A DNA stretch of 32,000 bases from Promethearchaeia archaeon. Its GTDB lineage: Archaea; Asgardarchaeota; Lokiarchaeia; Sigyniarchaeales; SOKP01. Below the pieces are notes generated by a model. It had not been told where the DNA came from. It searched no databases and saw nothing but the letters and a program-made list of their open reading frames with translations. The stretch lies in contig JAWOFX010000078.1 in NCBI GenBank assembly GCA_046497275.1, forward strand, positions 1 through 32,000, written 5' to 3'. The position numbers were made by a program, and so were the translations under genes. Of this stretch, positions 28,086-32,000 are shown piece after piece (positions within the stretch are counted from its first letter, which is position 1; each line of letters starts with the position of its first letter).

Positions 28086-28694
28086 ATGTCTCAAGTAACC
28101 AAAATTGTTGAGGAAGGCTATAATAAGATTGCTGAATCATATTATAACCATCGTAATTTAGAAAAATTCAATGGAGAGCTCGAAAGTTTTTCATTATTAA
28201 TTCCAGAGAATGCAAAAGTTTTAGATGTTGGATGTGGTGCAGGTATTCCAACTGCTAAATTTCTCGTAAAAAAAGGATTTGATGTTACTGGAATAGATAT
28301 TTCTGAGAGGATGATTGACTTAGCCAGAGAAAATGTTCCCAATGGAAAATTTTTAAAGATGGATATTAATAATTTAGATTTTCCCGAGGAAAGCTTTGAC
28401 GGAATCATCTCTGTTTATACCTTATTTCATATTCCTAAGGAAAATCATTTTAAAATTTTTCAAAACTTTTATTCACTCTTAAAACCAGAAGGTGTGATTA
28501 TGATTAATACCGGAATATCAGAATCAGAAAGTTTCAGTAGGTTTTTTGGAGTTAAAATGTTTTGGAGCAACCATAATCCAGATAAAACTTTAGCATTAGT
28601 AAAAGACGCGGGATTTTCAGTATTGTTTGAGGGAATATTAGTAAGAGGTGGAGAATATCAATATTGGATTTTTGGAAAGAAAGAAAAAAATTAA
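28086..28694 (+). CDS. Class I SAM-dependent methyltransferase
   Basis: VLDVGCGAG, VTGIDIS, SFDGII, LKPEG. Confidence 0.92.
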   Translation: MSQVTKIVEEGYNKIAESYYNHRNLEKFNGELESFSLLIPENAKVLDVGCGAGIPTAKFLVKKGFDVTGIDISERMIDLARENVPNGKFLKMDINNLDFPEESFDGIISVYTLFHIPKENHFKIFQNFYSLLKPEGVIMINTGISESESFSRFFGVKMFWSNHNPDKTLALVKDAGFSVLFEGILVRGGEYQYWIFGKKEKN

Positions 28695-28996
28695 AGAAAT
28701 TTATTATATTTTTAACTTTTTTAATAAATTTTTAAGCAATTTAGAAATAATGCGCTAAGGACTTTATAATCTTTTATCTCTATAGATATATATAATTAAT
28801 CTAAAATCCATTTAATCTTCTTTAAAAAATTCATAAAAACCTTACTTATATTTTTCTTACAAAAAGGTTAAAAAGGCTTTTTTATAAATAAAATTAGGAT
28901 ATATTTTTGAAAGGATCTTCAAAAAAGACCTTATAATTTAATAGGGATTAGGTTTAATGAAAAAAAATTATAAAAATAACTAATATTGGGATAAAA

Positions 28997-30151
28997 TTGT
29001 CTAAGGAAATAAAGAAAGCAACTGAATCAAATCAATTTTTATCAAGTTTATTTAATAACATGGAAGCGGCTGTATTTCTGGTTGATAAAGAAGCCCGTGT
29101 TAAAAATATAAATAAATCCTTCAGCAAACTCTTTCAAAAATCTGAGGAAGAGATCTACAACGAATTATGTGGCAATGCGATCGGATGCATTTTTCCTATA
29201 AGAGAAGAAACGGATTGTGGAAAAACATATAATTGTAATAAATGCACTCTCAGGAAAGCAATAATGAAGTGTTTTAAAGAAAAGGGAGAAGTACAAAGAA
29301 CGATACTTAAAAGAGAATTTTATTTAGGCGACAATTTTTACTTAAAATACTTCTATATTATAGCAAACTATTTTGAATATGAGGAGAATGAATTCGTACT
29401 GATTATAATTAATGATATAACAGAAATAGAATCGGCAAGAGAAAGACTAAAAGAATTGAATAGGATTAGAAATGAATTCTTAGGAATAGCTGCCCACGAC
29501 TTAAAAAGTCCAATCTCTGTTATTTCTATGGCCTCATCTTACTTATTAGAGATTCCAGAGTTAAGGGGAAATAATGAAAATAAGAAATTATTGGAATTAA
29601 TACAAAATTCCAGTAACTATATGATAGAATTAGTGAATAACTTTTTGGATTTGTCAAAAATAGAGGCTGGTGAACTAATTCTTGATAAAATAGAAGTAGA
29701 TTATGTAGAATTCGTGAAAGAGGTTTTAGAATTGAATAAAATTGCTGCTAGAAGTAAGAATATTAATATTGATTTAGATGTAGTAGATAACTATTCTCCT
29801 ATAATAAAGATCGATAAAAGCTATATCCAACAGGTAATAAACAATCTAATTGATAATGCAATTAAATTCTCACATCAAGGTTCCATAATAACTGTTAGAA
29901 TCATGAAAAAAGATACGGACATGGTTTTAACTGAAATTTCTGATCAAGGTCAAGGAATTCCCGAAAAAGATATTGATAATTTATTTAGAAAATATCGAAC
30001 CAGTTCTGTAAAAACTCCGAACGGTGGGAAAAGTAGCGGACTAGGTTTAGCAATTTCTAAAAAAATTGTGAAAAAACATGATGGGAAAATAGGAGTCAGA
30101 AGCAAATTAGGAAAAGGTTCAACATTCTATTTTATACTTCCTCTAAATTAA
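28997..30151 (+). CDS. Cytoplasmic PAS-HisKA-HATPase sensor histidine kinase with a Cys-rich PAS insertion
   Basis: PAS start AVFLVDKEARVKNIN, H-box AAHDLKSP, N-box NLIDNAIKF, G1 DQGQGI, G2 GLGLAI; no TM segment. Confidence 0.93.
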   Translation: MSKEIKKATESNQFLSSLFNNMEAAVFLVDKEARVKNINKSFSKLFQKSEEEIYNELCGNAIGCIFPIREETDCGKTYNCNKCTLRKAIMKCFKEKGEVQRTILKREFYLGDNFYLKYFYIIANYFEYEENEFVLIIINDITEIESARERLKELNRIRNEFLGIAAHDLKSPISVISMASSYLLEIPELRGNNENKKLLELIQNSSNYMIELVNNFLDLSKIEAGELILDKIEVDYVEFVKEVLELNKIAARSKNINIDLDVVDNYSPIIKIDKSYIQQVINNLIDNAIKFSHQGSIITVRIMKKDTDMVLTEISDQGQGIPEKDIDNLFRKYRTSSVKTPNGGKSSGLGLAISKKIVKKHDGKIGVRSKLGKGSTFYFILPLN

Positions 30152-30303
30152 ATAATCTAAGTAAAATATTAATTTTAAGAAATTACTCTATATAATTCTA
30201 TAAATCTATATATTACAAAAGTTTAGATATGTTATTTTTTACTACTTTATTACTATTTTAAACGATATACTAAAAAATAAATATCTAATAACGGATTATT
30301 ACA

Positions 30304-32000
30304 ATGCTCTTTAAAAAAAACAAATCAATATTATTCATTTTACTTTTCATCGGATTAATGCTTCCTTTGAGTTTTCATTTTTTAGTAGGTTTTTCTGAAA
30401 ATCCTTTTACTAAAGAAAATCAGAGTGAATTTATTAACCGCGATTTTGAAATTCCTAAACTAAATTATATCTCAGATTCTTATCCGACGAATGAAAGTGT
30501 TGCGATAATAATTAATTCAACAATATGGTCCGATCCAAATGCAAAAAATGCGATTAATCAATATGAAAATGATTTAAAATCTACAGGGTATAATATTTTG
30601 AAATATAGCGCTAATATTACCAATGCTAAAACTCTTAAAAATCTACTAAAAGGGTATTATGAGAATTATAATTTGAGTGGAGCAGTATTTATCGGGGATT
30701 TACCATATATTTGGTTCGAGGATCCTGCAGAAGATTATAACGAAGTTTTCGAATGTGATATATATTTTATGGATCTTGATGGTGATTGGTATGATACAAA
30801 TGGAGATGGGATTTATGATGTACACAATGCAACTTCAGGAGCAGATGTACATCCGGAGATTTATATAGGAAGGATTGACGCTTCAAATAGAAATCTAGGA
30901 TCTCAAACAAATGCTCAAGATATATATACCCTTCTAAATCGTTTACATTCTTATCGAAAGGGGAATTTAGCCATAGAACACAAAGCTTTAATGTATATAG
31001 ATGATGATTGGCAAGGAGATGCAAATGGCACTTGGAATAACTGGCCAGCATGGATTGAAAATGCTTATGATAACCATGATGATATTCACACTCCAAGTAC
31101 ATGGACAAATAAGACTGATTGGTTAAATCGTCTTTATAGCAGTAATTATGAATTTGCTCATCTAGCAGTACATACATCATCATCTTCTATAGAAGGAAAG
31201 CATTATTTCGGTTCGGGATATGCAGGATCTGAAGGAAATTTAACTGCGACCGAAGTTCATAATAATGGAGGCGGTTTCAGCTTTTATAATTTATTTTGTT
31301 GTTGGGGAGCAGATTATAATACCTCTGATTGCATGGCAAATACATATCTATTTTCTGGAAATAATACTCAAGCAGTACTTGGATCAACAAAATCAGGCGG
31401 TATGCTTAATGGTGCATATTTTTATGACAGTTTAGCGGAGAATAATACCTTTGGTCAAGCTCTTAAAGATTGGTTCCAATCAAATCCAACTTTAGGAGAT
31501 ATTAACAATCAATCATGGTTTTATGGGATGTGTATTTTAGGAGATCCTTTTTCAACCATCCATTATGATTGCTCTGTACCAAAACCAACTATAAATTCAA
31601 TAAAGCATAATGACGATCAATGGAGTCAAATGAGCTCTTTAGTTAGCTTTAATTGGACTTGTGTTTCTGATGTAAACGGACTTGATGGATCTTATTATAT
31701 CTTTGATCAAAATCCTAATACGGTTCCAACCGCGAGCACTGGTATATACACAAAAATAAATGGAACATCCTTTTCGAACGTTGCTGATGGCATTTGGTAT
31801 CTTCATGTTGTCGCAAAAGATAAATTGGGGAATATTGGAGAAATAGGTGATCATTTCAAGTTAAAAATTGATACTACTGGTCCTGCTATAAATCTATTAA
31901 CACCAGTAAATAATTACAACTCATCGAGCAATTCTGTCTTTATTTCTTATGAAGCAATCGATCTTTACAACACATTTATGTTTTCCAGTGTATATGATGT
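30304..32000 (+). CDS. Secreted peptidase C25 (gingipain-like) with Ig-like domains; runs off the right edge. Missing from the ORF track.
   Basis: Manual translation: signal/anchor MLFKKNKSILFILLFIGLMLPLSF, GAVFIGDLP, CDIYFMDLDG.W.D.NGDGIYD, PEIYIGRI, candidate dyad LAVH / LFCCWG, ILGDP, then DGIWYLHVVAKDKLGN...IDTTGP. Confidence 0.85.
   Translation, partial: MLFKKNKSILFILLFIGLMLPLSFHFLVGFSENPFTKENQSEFINRDFEIPKLNYISDSYPTNESVAIIINSTIWSDPNAKNAINQYENDLKSTGYNILKYSANITNAKTLKNLLKGYYENYNLSGAVFIGDLPYIWFEDPAEDYNEVFECDIYFMDLDGDWYDTNGDGIYDVHNATSGADVHPEIYIGRIDASNRNLGSQTNAQDIYTLLNRLHSYRKGNLAIEHKALMYIDDDWQGDANGTWNNWPAWIENAYDNHDDIHTPSTWTNKTDWLNRLYSSNYEFAHLAVHTSSSSIEGKHYFGSGYAGSEGNLTATEVHNNGGGFSFYNLFCCWGADYNTSDCMANTYLFSGNNTQAVLGSTKSGGMLNGAYFYDSLAENNTFGQALKDWFQSNPTLGDINNQSWFYGMCILGDPFSTIHYDCSVPKPTINSIKHNDDQWSQMSSLVSFNWTCVSDVNGLDGSYYIFDQNPNTVPTASTGIYTKINGTSFSNVADGIWYLHVVAKDKLGNIGEIGDHFKLKIDTTGPAINLLTPVNNYNSSSNSVFISYEAIDLYNTFMFSSVYD

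Noticed and set aside
28904-28925. TTTTTGAA-N6-TTCAAAAA upstream of the histidine kinase, and TTTAGGA-N13-TCCTAAA at 23798-23824.
   Set aside because: Low-complexity AT-rich arms are expected by chance at this composition, and there is no supporting second copy.

Overview
AT-rich (roughly 30% GC) archaeal window, most likely from an Asgard archaeon of the Lokiarchaeia type. That assignment is inferred from Rab-like small GTPases with a WDFGG G3 motif, a membrane protein with a longin-like tail, archaemetzincin and a COG3357-type HTH/Zn-ribbon regulator. Most of the window is mixed metabolic and accessory genes: an aldehyde:ferredoxin oxidoreductase truncated at the left edge, a two-subunit molybdopterin oxidoreductase, a GC-rich katG, an ABC-2 exporter, methyltransferases, a UroD-like protein, a Cys-rich PAS histidine kinase and a secreted C25 gingipain-like protease truncated at the right edge. 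No rRNA, tRNA, CRISPR array or transposase was recognised. The best candidate for an undescribed system is 13.67-15.27 kb. There, two diverged ~180-bp tandem copies of a structured, apparently independently promoted ncRNA-like element (G-U covariation favours the minus strand) sit next to a winged-helix gene. That gene is divergently paired, across a 29-bp palindrome, with an NDT-like protein resembling retron type II-A effectors, and no reverse transcriptase is present in the window. The second candidate is a 7-TM/longin-like fusion directly downstream of a Rab-like GTPase. All family calls are from motif reading by eye; no searches were run.
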